Below are positions 38,601 through 51,300 of a stretch of DNA of 64,000 bases, piece after piece. A model generated the notes under the pieces. The model saw only the letters and a program-made list of their open reading frames with translations, made no database searches and had not been told where the DNA came from. A program made the translations under genes and the position numbers. Positions within the stretch are counted from its first letter, which is position 1; each line of letters begins with the position of its first letter. Source of the DNA: Botryllus schlosseri (lineage: Eukaryota); the NCBI GenBank assembly GCA_051294905.1, contig CM119372.1:36828001-36892000 (forward strand). Reading direction: 5' to 3'.

Positions 38601-40039
38601 CCCGAAGATGTTTAATTTTATGGGGTCTGCAGTTTCAAAGACACTCAGCTCTACCGGTAAATTGGATTACGTGGGCAAAGACGACAACCACGCAATTCCC
38701 GATCTTATTCACCGAATTTATCATGAATTATCGAAATATTCGGGCGTCGCGCTGTCTCGATAAACAGTACAACTTTGATTTCGTGGCAAAAGCGAACAAC
38801 GTCATGCGGGGTCAGTTTATCACCCTATGGGAGCCCGGGGTCCTGACGAAGTGCCGTTACGTTCCTGCCAACAGGTACCCCCGGATATGTTTAATTCCTA
38901 TTGAGGGGGCAGATACCTTTACAAACACACCTCACTCAACTCTACCGGTAAATCACATTACGTGAACGGAGACCAGACGAAAATTGATAGCAATACATGC
39001 AACTCCCGATCATATTGACCGATTCAGTCATGAAACTAAAGAAATTTTTCGCGCTTCGTGCGTTTAGACGAGAAAAGCTGATTCACTCAACAGACACCCA
39101 ATGCAGCAGATAAGTAGCGGTAAACGGTGTACAGTTTCGAAACCTCGCCAGGGCAATAAAACTACTCCGAAATAGCCATTATGACTGTTTGGGTCCGTTT
39201 CAGAGCCGTAGTATTCGTGCGGCCCCGACCATACTCTGAAATTCTAAATTTGGCCCTCACACCGAAAAAGTTTGGGAACCACTGATTCAGAAGCTGCCGG
39301 AAGCCGTAAAAAGTTGCAGAAGTTACAAAAACCTCCCCAACCGATTACATGGCAAGACGTCGTCTACAAAATCCTGCCACATTTGGGAAGGAATTATGGA
39401 GTTGACCTCGGTAGGACTCCAACCTGCAACCTATTGGTGTTGCAGCTGTACATCATACCACTCCGCTATCTCCCCACCCCATTGTTGAAATAGGTGCTTT
39501 GATGCTATTACATTTATGAGCTGCATTCTAAATCACGTCAGAAATATCGGTCAAGCGACACAATCGTTAGTCACTATTAGAGGCCTATTGTTAACTAAAG
39601 CAAATTTCGCGAAAGTATTGATAATAAGACACCAGGAGATAAGAAGACCGAATTCCTACATTATAAATACACACATATGGCAAATGACAAGATGCTGTTA
39701 TAAGCTTCAGTGTCCACCGATTTCAATTACATAAAGTAATGTATCATGCGACTCTTGAAACAGATTTCTCCTAAGCTGCCTTTCACTGTTGCATAATTAT
39801 TTAACGGGCTGCATCTAGTCATTAGCTATATGTGTATAGATTTTCAAAATGTTCACTGACGATTCTATATAGTGAAAACGTTCACAATACGTTCATACCG
39901 TCATTTCGATTGAGTCTTTATCATATTTCCATTGTAATGAAAGTCGAGGGCTAAGTCGTTTAACATTCCAAACTTCATTACTAGCCGTTTCACCCCAGCA
40001 CGCAGGCACAGTCAGCAATACCGCTATCCAAACGTACAT
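32615..40039 (-). CDS. Signal peptide + DOMON-domain protein, MOXD1-derived paralog C lacking the catalytic domains (about 180-193 aa)
   Basis: Exons: 39899-40039 (MYVWIAVLLTVPACWG...IEMT), 35350-35460 (MIGETKGWIGIGFAPTRAVTGVDFIVGGV; 111 bp as in copies A/B), 34490-34636 (DCYTTRTGH...KTIE; 147 bp as in copy A), 32871-32958 (AGNMEVFWVV...KFHNIRSG), 32755-32805 (NTEIDLLRRKDQSGPA). A tentative last exon 32615-32658 (VRFMLPSIIFNLVR*) follows a GC donor. The first five exons are solid; the terminal exon is uncertain. Confidence 0.8.
33975..34393. mobile_element. MITE with ~130-bp TIRs in a paralog C intron
   Basis: aatattgcag...ttcgaaat is matched in inverted orientation at the right end. Confidence 0.8.
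36100..36758. mobile_element. MITE with long imperfect TIRs (catagt...actatg)
   Basis: Inverted similarity over >250 bp. No TSD was recognised. Confidence 0.75.
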
Positions 40040-41317
40040 AGTTGTTTTTATTATTGTGTCCGTCCTACGCAGAGCAGGAGATTGCATAAATCGCAGATTT
40101 GAAAGATTTATATACGTGGACTTTACATGACTCTGACAAGTTTTCATATATTACCGCATGTGCTAGATGAGTCGGCATATTTGCAATCATTCCAAGCCTG
40201 GGGCAGATGGTTAAACGATTCTTAGAATATTTTATGCGACGTTAGCTTTTCAAAACATCTTGTTTGCGTCAGTACAACCTATTATCTCTGAAAATGTGTC
40301 AAAGGTTACATGTTTGCCGCAAACTTCATTTTAAACTGAACAAACATAGATATAAATAGATGTGACTGTCATTCTCTCTAAACTGATAAGAATGAACTAA
40401 TCTCTCTTAAACTGTGCCAAAGGTTGCAAGCGCGACGCTAACGTAGTTTAAACTTTTCAAACATATATATGTGATGCCTATTATTTTCGACTGATAAGTA
40501 CAGACGACACTCTCGTAAACTGTGCCAAAGGTCGAATGGTTGACGCTGAAGTCGTTCTAAACTATGTCAGCCCCTATATATTCGTGAATTGAAAGGTTTT
40601 TTTGGGTACAAGGCTTTTGCACACAATTGATTAAAATATACATATTTTAAATCCCTATCACATTGGGTGACACTCATTAGCAATAAAATCATCCATCAGG
40701 GTTGATTTTGGATGTTTTTGTCGAAAAGCAACAAACAACAATATTCGAACCTCTATTTCAGGAAACCAACATCCACATTCCTAAACTAACATGTCCGTGT
40801 AGCAACGTCGGAATTCATTTAAACACTGTGATTTTTTTAAATAATCAGAAAAAATGAACTGTGCGTAAATCGCGAGGAGCGCGAACAAAATTTCAATTCA
40901 ATATTCTGTCTAAAATAATCATGTACAATAGTAGCACGTAGCATATGGCTAGTTTGGAAATTTCAGTGTCTACTCTTGTAATATCCTTATTGAACTTAGC
41001 CTAAATGTACCCAACCAGCAGGTAAAATAACAAAAACAATAGCCCGGGCCGCACGCCATTCAAATTTGGCAATTCATCATGGGAAAAATAATAATCTCTA
41101 AGAGTCGCAGGTGTTCGGCAGCATAATTCATCTGAGTACTTTTCAGTTGCGATAAAATCAGCTTATTAAATATGGCATTGTACAATTGAGTATACTCGCA
41201 CGGGCTTCTTTGACGTTGTAAGCCACTTCGATTTATATCCTTGTTTCTTAGATTCGAATGACATATTATACATGGCGGCATTTGACATGACCTTGTAAGG
41301 AAATATCAACTCAATTC

Positions 41318-42410
41318 TAGCGTTGGGATCCCGGGAAATCCCGATCCCGGGATCCCGGGATTTGAAGCAATCCCGATCCCGGGATTAATCCCAATGAAAT
41401 CCCGGGATTTGTAAACAGCATTTTCCAAGGCTTACGTAGCGGCATATCTCTTATTTTGGTAATAAAGCAATGTCACAAACTCTGCTGATTGTCTAAAACA
41501 ATTCACAATTATTTGATATTAAAGCCAGCTATGTCGTAACAATGATTTAGGCTACACAATCACTTTCGTCGTAGTCTACGAATCGTAGCAGTGTAACTGA
41601 GTATCGGAAAGTCACAAGGACGGTGCTGTGGAGGTGAAATACAGGTCGAATAATAGCGAATTTCGAAGACGTCAATGCGAAGAAAAAATTACATGTTTGG
41701 CGACACTGTTTGTTTTATAAATCTACATAAAAAGTCAAATGCAACTTGTGTCAAGACGTTTTGAAAGCTTCAGTGTCTAGCACAAAGGGACTGATAACGC
41801 ATTTAAGGTCCGTAAAAATGACAGTAATTAAACCATGCATGATTCAACCGGACACGTCAAAGAAAGATCAGCCAAAAATGAAAAAGATCGATTCCTATAA
41901 AATAAATCGCATAAGCCTCGCCTCGATGAACTTCTTAACCAGTTAACTGCTGTGGACGGGTAAACATTTATTCAATTACCCAAAGTGAGTGAATTCGTCG
42001 GGCCTTCAAGGCTTATGACTATGACTTGCCAGGATGTCGCAAACGGGTGTGTGACTTGGTGATCGAGCACAGCAAATAAATCCGTAAGTGTGTGGGAGAA
42101 GAGCTTATGGCAATGAAACGCAACATTGGACGTTTTTCGATCACGTTTGACGAATCAACTTCTACACGAAACAGGCGGTACATGAATTTAAACGCTCATT
42201 ATCCGGGTGGCCTTCGGTCGCTGGGTTTCTTTCGTATTCACGGGAGCATGTTTCTGCGTCAATACTACAAGGAATAAATGTTGTGTGTGTAGCTTGTATG
42301 TGTATTTTACTATACTTTGCTAATCCCGGGAAATCCCGGGATTGAGAAGAGCAAATCCCGGGAAATCCCGATCCCGGGATTTCAAATTTGATCCCGAAGT
42401 CCCAACCCTA
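41318..42410 (+). mobile_element. hAT deletion derivative with (ATCCCGGG)n subterminal repeats
   Basis: TIR tag(c/g)gttggga and perfect TSD ctcaattc. Remnants include CQDVLKASVSSTKGLITHL (BED) and FSITFDESTS...YMNLN (catalytic-D region). Confidence 0.9.
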
Positions 42411-43445
42411 CTCAATTCTTTATAACTTTGTGTCATTATACGCAGTCTTTACAGATGCCTGACAGACAGACTGTATAGATCAAGGGTCACCAACACGCGG
42501 CCCGCGACTTGATTTGAGATTTCGGAAGAAAACTAAGAAAAAATTTTGAAATGCTGAAATTAACATGCAATGGCCCAAACACTGCCAAGACCGAGACGCT
42601 TAGAAAACGGATTGAGGCAGTGTTTCAAAAACTGGGGGCACGCCCCCATTGTAGGGGCGTGAAAGCATCTGAACGGGGCGCGGAGCTGCGGTAAACTGAA
42701 AACATTTTCGCGCTGCGCGCGATTCACCTTGATTTCGTATTTACAATTAGTGCTCTGTGCATAGTCCGTAATTTATATTAGAGAATTCTTCCATCAACAT
42801 TCATAACCTTACATGCCATCAAACTATCTGTTTGGATTGCTAGCTGTATGTATGGGTGCATTCTGTGATATGAAGATAAGGGGGAGGCGCGAAATTTTTT
42901 AGTATCATTACGGAGGTGTATCTAAAAAGGTTTGTGAGCCACTGGCTTAGGGCTTCCCCACAAGATCAAGCTTTACGTGGAGATGGTCTTTCAGCTAGTA
43001 ACGTATCTTGCTATATAGCCCTCAAAAGCGTTTCCTGGTATCATGCACAGCTCAGAGTTCCAAATAAAATGAAATTGATGACAATGATCTTTTGTTGTAT
43101 TATTATTGCTTTATTAAAATATTACTTCTTTTGTAGTCACCAAGTCCATCGCCTATGTTAGGTAGCAGAGAGTTGTACTGACGTAGAGTTTTATAACGTA
43201 GTTGCCAACTATGTATCGATATTGATTTCATGCGGCCCGCGGCCGCTGGGAAATTTGAAAAGTGGCCCGCGACCCGTTTTGAGTTGGCGACCTCTGCACT
43301 ATAGCAACGTATATAGGTCTTTTGGAACGATTTCTGTCTACACACAATCGAATTATAGTCGAGTAGGGTACGGCCACGTGACATATTACGTCACGTGAAA
43401 TACAGACCACGATCTATAAGTTATTCGGCGATTCCGAGAGTGTGT

Positions 43446-44210
43446 GTATGTCGGGGTTGCCACCAAGTCACAAGTCAATCTCAATTTTACAGTTTCGAAA
43501 CTCGATTCAAGTCGGGTAATTTTCAACTCATCACTGAGTCAAGTCCGAGTCCAAGACTTCGAGCAGAGGTCCAAGTACTTAGTGCCATGACCAATGTTCC
43601 CTCTAAGCTGCGCACGTGCGCAAATGCGCAGTGCTGACATGGTCTATGGGTACAGAATATCTAAGTTGCGTACAAAAAATCCGAAGCGACGACTTTTTCT
43701 TTTAGTCGTTACGCATTGTTGTCCAAGGATCTGCGCAGTGAGTTGTTGAGTGTGCGCAGACTCGTCAAAGATTAGAGGGAACATTAGCGGTGACCCGGGT
43801 CCGAGTCCAAGTCATTGCGTTGGTTGTTCCGTTTCGAGTGGAGGTCTTGTTAAACCCACTTTTTACTACTCTGTGTGGTGATATCGAATGCTTCGCATTT
43901 ATAATATAGTAGCCTACTTTTCTTCACTTTTAACAGCTTCTGGTCGCATTTTCAAGCACCGGTACAAATAGATTAAATACCAGTAGTATGGTAGCTTTAC
44001 CTATCTTCAAAATTACAATGAAATGTCGGTCTTGGCCGTCCCAGTCTCGAGTAATATTACTTGGTACGAGTCATGCTCAACGACTCGAGTGCAAGTCGAA
44101 TCAATACAAAGATTGACTTAACTTTAGTCGAGTCGAGATATTTGGGTATTTTCAGACAATGACTCGTATCAAGTCGAGATACGGGAACGTTTCGAACACG
44201 GCCATCACTA
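43446..44210. mobile_element. hAT-like element with GAGTC/CAAGTC repeats and nested MITE 43592-43786
   Basis: Clusters of gagtc/cgagtc repeats. The nested element has TIR caatgttccctctaa and TSD gccatgac/gcggtgac. Outer ends are approximate. Confidence 0.6.
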
Positions 44211-45317
44211 CCTCTCGAACCGTAGGTAATCATGAGTGGCCAAAGCCTATACTATTCAATATATTATGAAAAAAAGTTTCAACTGGGACAGAAAAATCGA
44301 GCAAGAGTGAATGTATATATGTATGGTACGCATTGAGGCAGGGTTGCTTCTTGGCGACTTTGAACATTTCACACTGTGCATGTTCATGGATGAAACCATA
44401 TCTCTGTTGTCTAACCTGACACAAACTATCTGTGATTAAGCCAACCAGACATTTTCAATACCAAGTTAAAAGTGAATGGAATTATATATACGCATTCGAG
44501 CTAAATGCTGCATGAGTCGCGCGTGGCGACCACCTGAACAAAATGCGTGAGCGGTGGCAGCCGGAGAATGCTTCATTAGGCAAATTCCGAAAATTACGGC
44601 CCCCAATCGAGGATTTCAAAACAAATGCCGATTACTAACAAATATCCTGATGTTGCGAACCAGGATCGTCTACTTCCTAATTGCTGCATATTGTCTACCT
44701 AGTCGATGGATTGATAAATCCACAGATTCACCGTAAATCCAGATTTTATAACTCGACTTTTTGATTACGATCCCAAGTTCCCAAATTTTCATTTGTCTTT
44801 CAAGAGCCCCTTGGAAGTTATTCCGCGGCCCCCTGAACGGTTCACGGACGTCGATTTATGAATTTTGTTTTGCACGATTGTTTTATCGCTTCCTACAAGT
44901 TCCGTTCAATAGATGATGACATTTTTATAGTAAACTTTCATAAAAATCGATATTTTCAAGAAACCTTATTTTCGCATTTTTAAAATTTTATTTCGGGCAG
45001 GTTTGGCATCTGGTTTCCGTAAAGCCAAAAATAACAATGCCTGGTAATAACTAAACACATTTAATCCCTGTACAATTCCGACTCCTACTAACACCTGACC
45101 TGGTGCAATGCGAGTCTTTAATGAAAGAGACAGGGAACAAAATAGTCAGAAATGTAGTCGGTGTCATATATCTTCTATCACGCTATATTTCTTTCATAGC
45201 TTATGTTCTTGATTTATTGTAAACTCAGCAGTTCTCAAAGTCGATTCACGCCGGAGTTGGTCATTCTATTATTATTCGTAATTCATTCCAATTCAACAAT
45301 ATATACAATCGATGTAC

Positions 45318-48300
45318 CATCGCTTTCTGACAGTTGGTCCATGTTGTCGTCAGAATCCAGGAGAAGGCTTTGAGCTGCGAGTGATTGCATTTGTTTGCCT
45401 TAAAATGAAGATCGGCTGTCAGTACTTAGCAGAAACACGTTATGGCCTACTTAAGGGTTTTGGACTATTCGCATGTAGGTGCTCACTGCTCAGCAAAACT
45501 ACAGTTCGAATTGCGGAAAACACATTGTTGGAATCAATTTGGTCAAAATTATCGCTGTAGATTCCCAATCAACAACTATGAAAAATAGGAACTATATAAG
45601 CGTTATAGCTCCTTATATGGTTTTTGTAAAGTTTGCACGATTTCTAATTCAGTGTAATTTTGCTTTCAGCGCGTATGTGTTGTCTGATACGTAGCAGTGT
45701 GAATCGCAGTGATATATTTCTGGGTTGTGGTACAATATGTATATTCCGCAATCGACTCCAAATAAAATATACAAGTTCGAAAATGCTAATTCCCGTATCT
45801 GATTAGTTTCGGTCAAAACACAAGTATTATAGCGCAGTGTTAGAAATAGCGCAATAACTGTGACACGGGATCCATACCGAGCTCCTTTTCCGGTCGTGAA
45901 TCCAGAGTATGAGGGGTTCTTAACACACTGTTATAGTCCATCGGTATTATGTCTCTTGTTTTGGGTGGGATTATAGATCTCATACCTATTATAGCATCGA
46001 ACAAAGTGCTACTAGACTAGTTTTAGCAAAGGTTCAAACTCTACCGAAACTCACATGAAATAAATTACAGTCACACAAATGCATTACGGTATAACCAGGA
46101 CTGTTATGTACCAGGGCCTAAACAGCATTTGATCAGCCTCCCCACACCCCATTGAAAAAAAAACTCGGTCTTTGGTCCCCATATGATCATAAACCAGACT
46201 TCTTAACCAATAACAGAAAGCACGTTTTACTGTTATTACTAGGGCGGTTTTTTTGACATCTCAAAATTTGTCAAAATTTTGTCAAAATTGTAGCGTTAGG
46301 TCAAAATTTGTCAAATTTTTTCATCAAGTCAAAAATTTTTTGACGTCTGCATTTTGTTTGTGTCGTATATTTTGCACTGTCGGTGACCATATCATCTGAT
46401 ATTTTACAGCTTGTAGCCTATTTTATAGGCCTACTATTGTAAACGGCTAATTGTCTGCTCATTGTGAATCATAAACGGTCAAATAAAACAAATATGTAGA
46501 CAAGGTGTTATGGTCAACGTACCGCAATATGCTAACTGAAGAAATACTCCTTGGGCATTGCTTCATTCTTATATTAGGAAGCACATGATGAAAAATTGTG
46601 ATGTTGAGAACATTATCAGAATGGAGCAACACGGTGTTTTACCAGCAGTGCACGCACAACTTGAGTGTTGTCAGCCAACAACTGCTACTGTTGAACTTGG
46701 CAAGCTTCTTAGTAAGGACATGCATTTTCTATTCAAGAATGTAGGGAAGTATATCTCGTTGCACTACGATTTTTTTTAATTATTTTCACCAAAACACATA
46801 TTGTAGCCACTGGAATTCTTCATAGGGCCAGAATTTGTTATAATATTGTTTTTTCAGTAAAAAAGTTGCCTGATTCTGAGCCCAAAGCGTTTTTTCAGAT
46901 CAAACTACTTCGTAAGAACAGCCAACCAGGAAAGAAGATAAGCGGTACAATTTTAACATTATGTGGGTAAAACACCTAATTTGCATACGTTAGGTAAAAA
47001 GTTGGTCAAAATCGTTACGAAATACGAGGACACCAACCGAAATGAAAGATATCGCAATGCCCACTGATGAGCTACCTGCTTAGAAGTTACAACATGATCT
47101 CAACCGAAAACAAGAACATGTGAACACCCTTTATGACGCGATAATGTAGTTAGCAAAGCACGACCGATCATTGATGCTGAGAAGCATCGTGACATTGCAA
47201 CCTCCGCGAGTATAAGTAATCCGAGGCAGCGAAACTTAAATTGTGTTCTAGAATTGTGTGCATGATACATTAGTGGATGCCAATGCGAAATAGCAGTATC
47301 AAAATCCACTTCGATAAGAATTATCTATCGAATAAACTTTCTTACCGTGACTGTCGTAGGCGTCCATAAGACCTCTACTCATACTCTCTAATGTTCCAGA
47401 CATCGTTTGCACGACGTCATTGCGACCGGTGAATTTATTTAGAACCGCTTTAATCCTCTTCGTAATCGCTATCACGTTTCTGTCACTCGTCGGCCGCCCG
47501 GTCATCACCCCTAAAAAGTCAAGGATTGTTATCCAATGGCACTATCGTCAACCGAGCAATACTGGTTATATTGTAGTTACAAATCGAGGTGATACATATA
47601 GATGTTAGCCCAACTATATCCGCAGCGCCTTCTGTTCATTCGATATGGTGAGCGAACTTCATGAAGGTTTAAAATACGGCTGTTTAGTAGCCAATATTGA
47701 CTCCGTTTGTACTGAATTACTCAATTGTATTACATAATTCCGAAATCCACATTTTGATTCGTGAATCGGATAATTTCTGGTTCATTATATAGAGCCGAGG
47801 AGGTCATTGACGTAGAACTTCATCGTTATCAGAGTACTCAGCTCATGGGGTTCCAAACCTGGGGCGAAGAACTCATTGGGGTCTGCAGTCGAGCTCTAAG
47901 CGATCCACGAATAATCAATGCTGAAACTACAATTATAAAACTACATTATCTGTCACGTCTGTCCTTTCCGTCACTTACGGACTTACTGTGTCTCAATTTT
48001 TCGTCATCAGGTAGCATTTCACGCAACGACTAGACCTGGTGGCAATTCAATTTGAGACCTGCAATTTTAGACCCTGCATCCAGTGGCGGCTCGTGACAAT
48101 ATCGGGTGGTGGGGCAAGGGCTGCGAGCGACTTTTATCAACATGACGTCACAATGGCGTTTTCCAACGTAAAAAAGTAACTTTAATATGATGGTCACATG
48201 AATTTCCCGACAACAGTGATTTTAACGTAGGTGCCGCGAGAGGTTTGCCGGTGAGCCGTGACTTGAAGTGTGGTAACAAATGTTTTATTCATTTTTTTTA

Positions 48301-51300
48301 ATCAAAGGATTATTTTACATAATGTACGTGAACTAAGAATCGTCCCTATGACACGAATCAATTATCAGGTCATCCTTAGTAGCATGCGCTATGATTTCAT
48401 GATAGAGTTAGAGATTACGCAAATCGATAGGCCGTCCGAAAGTGTTTCGTAGACGATCCTGGTGTGTTACGACCACTGAGCTGGTGGTTACGAGTTACGA
48501 CCAGGTGATAGGCAACCAAAGCGGAGGTACCCGGCGTACGATTGGATCAATGGACTGGACAATTTCTATCATCATCATCATTGGTTTATTAGCAATTTTA
48601 TCAGTTCAATACACCACAAAAATGCGATACAATGAAAAGACAGGAATATGTCGAAGCGACAAGGAGTAGTCTTCTAGACCTTTAATTTTCGCTCTAAAGG
48701 CAACTGCGTAAACTAGCCTACGTACGGAGCAAAGATTCAATACGATTCATGTTCGCACTTGACTTGACCAGACTAATTCCAATGACTAGAACTCGAGAGA
48801 TTGCGTAAGCCTAACTGCAAAGGTCAACGACTTCGGACACATACGCAATTGTTATCTCATAGATTGGGCCTGTCATATTGAATCCAGAACATCAATTTGA
48901 ATGGTCTTTGAAGAACTAAGGACAGCAGCCTCGGAACTTCGGTCTCGGAACAACATAGTACATTTTGGCCTTGAAACTGGAGATTGTGACGCAACACATA
49001 CGGCTTACTGTCTGCTGCCAAATCGCCGTTGGAAAATATATTAATCAATAAATACATGAATGAAAGCCGTAAACTTAGCATACTGTTACATGAAATCATC
49101 GAGAAGTAGCATTCGCAATCTCATAACCCATTCCGGCATGGTACACTGTCAAAATCAATACAAACAGACGAACACCGAACTTTGAGTAAAATAGATCGAG
49201 GAATAGGCTGATCGAATGATCAGCTGTTAGCCGACATCGAAAATGAAATAGCTATCGCATTTGACAGGGGATTGTAAGCAAATGGTTTGAAGGCCACAAT
49301 TTCACAGTGAAATGCACATTGGCGAACATAAAATTATGTGAATATTTGAATGCAAACCGAGAATCTTAGTTAGCTGTTTCATGCGATCATCGAGATATAC
49401 CATTGGAAATATCATCACCGATCTCGTTATGGAACGCAGACTAGATTAGCACAGACAGACACCGGCTTTTCCGTGAGATCCGCAATGATGTAGGTAGGCT
49501 AAGTATCAGATCAGCGCGCATCTCTACCATACTCGACCTCGAAAACGAAATAACTGCCTCAATCATTGAGCGTCAACTTTAAGACTTGGCACCGCGTTCG
49601 ATACTAAAATCAAGACATACCGTGCAAAAGCTCATGACAGATCTAGGTATGGAACATCGTTAAAATCAATAGAGACCAATAACGGCTTTTGCGTAAATCT
49701 GTTAGCGATAAATGAAGAGTCAGCTCTCACTCGACTTTGGAAACGAAATTACCACCCACATAGTTCAGTGACAAACTTAAAACTTATTACAGCGGTCGAT
49801 ACTAACATTAAGACTTACTGTGCCAAATATCATGACCGATCTCGGTATGGAACATCGTCAAAATCAATGGAGACCAATACCGGCTTTTGAGTAAAATCTG
49901 TTTGCTGTACAATGTACATGATAGATCAGCACACACTGAACTTCGGAAACGAAATTACCACCCTTATCTTTGAGTAGCAAGCCTGAAACTTGGAGCAGTG
50001 CTAAATACTACCTTCACGACATATCGTACCAAGTTTCAAGAATTATCATGGTGCGAAACACCGTCAAAATCGACATATACCAGCAAAGGTCGAGTCAACG
50101 CATATCACGGTAACCGAGTTCAGATATAGATACGATTGTTACATCACACCTTAAGGGCGACAGGCATAGCTGCCCCACTTGCTCGGCCATTTTACGAATA
50201 GGAGAGAGTAAATCACCGTTTCTTTATTGTGCGCGGCTTTGAGAGAATAGATAGTGAAAGCTTGTTATGAGCGCTACCGGGGCAAGCCCCGGCTAGGCAT
50301 TCACAAAGCGAAAACACAGAAGAGAATTCGATTTTCGCAGAGACTTCGCTATGTATGGGCATTTGTTAGCGAAAGCACAAGAATAATGCGGGTTTCGCCG
50401 TGATCTCGGTATATACTGATTGCTGTGCGTCTATAAATGGTTAAATTGTTATTGAACAGAATTTTAGGTGGGGCAATGCCCCAGTTGCCCTATAGGACGA
50501 GCCGCCACTGCCTGCATCACGGTGTATGAATAGGAAATAGGAAGCGAGTGACGCAATGTGCTACGCGTCATCGTCACGACACTAACGGTCGTTGGTTCGA
50601 GCCCCTGCTGTGCACTGTTTTATGTGCCGTCGGTTTCTCTACACGCCTCATCGCTGACCTCGCTGCCGTAGCAGCAGTGTTTCTAAATCCCAGAGTGAAG
50701 CTGAGCCGAGCCAAAAGTCGGCAGCAAAGTTCAAGCTATGGGCTAATGAAAAACGAGAGAAACCGCTGATGAAATAGAGAGAGAGAGAGCATGGAAGTCG
50801 TCCGCGACATTACAATGGCCCGATGGACTGAAAATTACGATTACTGAAAATGATGTCGTGGCGCAAATGACCGCACAGACGATAAGCGCGACTTTGTGTG
50901 CCAGTGTGTATGTGAATGAGAAAACTAGTTGTTGTGTCACGAACTCGCGAAGATTCATCTTGCAGTTGATAGTCACATACAATTAATTGCTAAATGCACG
51001 CAACCCCTCGACCAACGTGCGTTTTGAAATTAATTTGGAATTTCACTTCTATACATTTCATATCATTTTGTGTTTCTATACTTGAAGTAGTAAAGACTGG
51101 TCTTGCAAGTCATACCCATGTTTGAAATGGAGTTCAAATTTTTGACATTACTTCTACTTCTACTTTTGCCTGACGAGCCACTCTGGCTACTTTGACGACA
51201 TATGGTTAAGGGGCGGGGTTTTAAGCAAGTGAAGACAGCTATCAATCATCTCGAAGAAATTTCCAACTTAGTGACAATAATTCGTGTCAGTTTGTCCCGA

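Noticed and set aside
39300-39470. Fragments such as VAGFCRRRL or STMGWG resembling MOXD motifs
   Set aside because: They are out of order (intron 1 of paralog C) and need several frameshifts; the true exon was found at 35350-35460.
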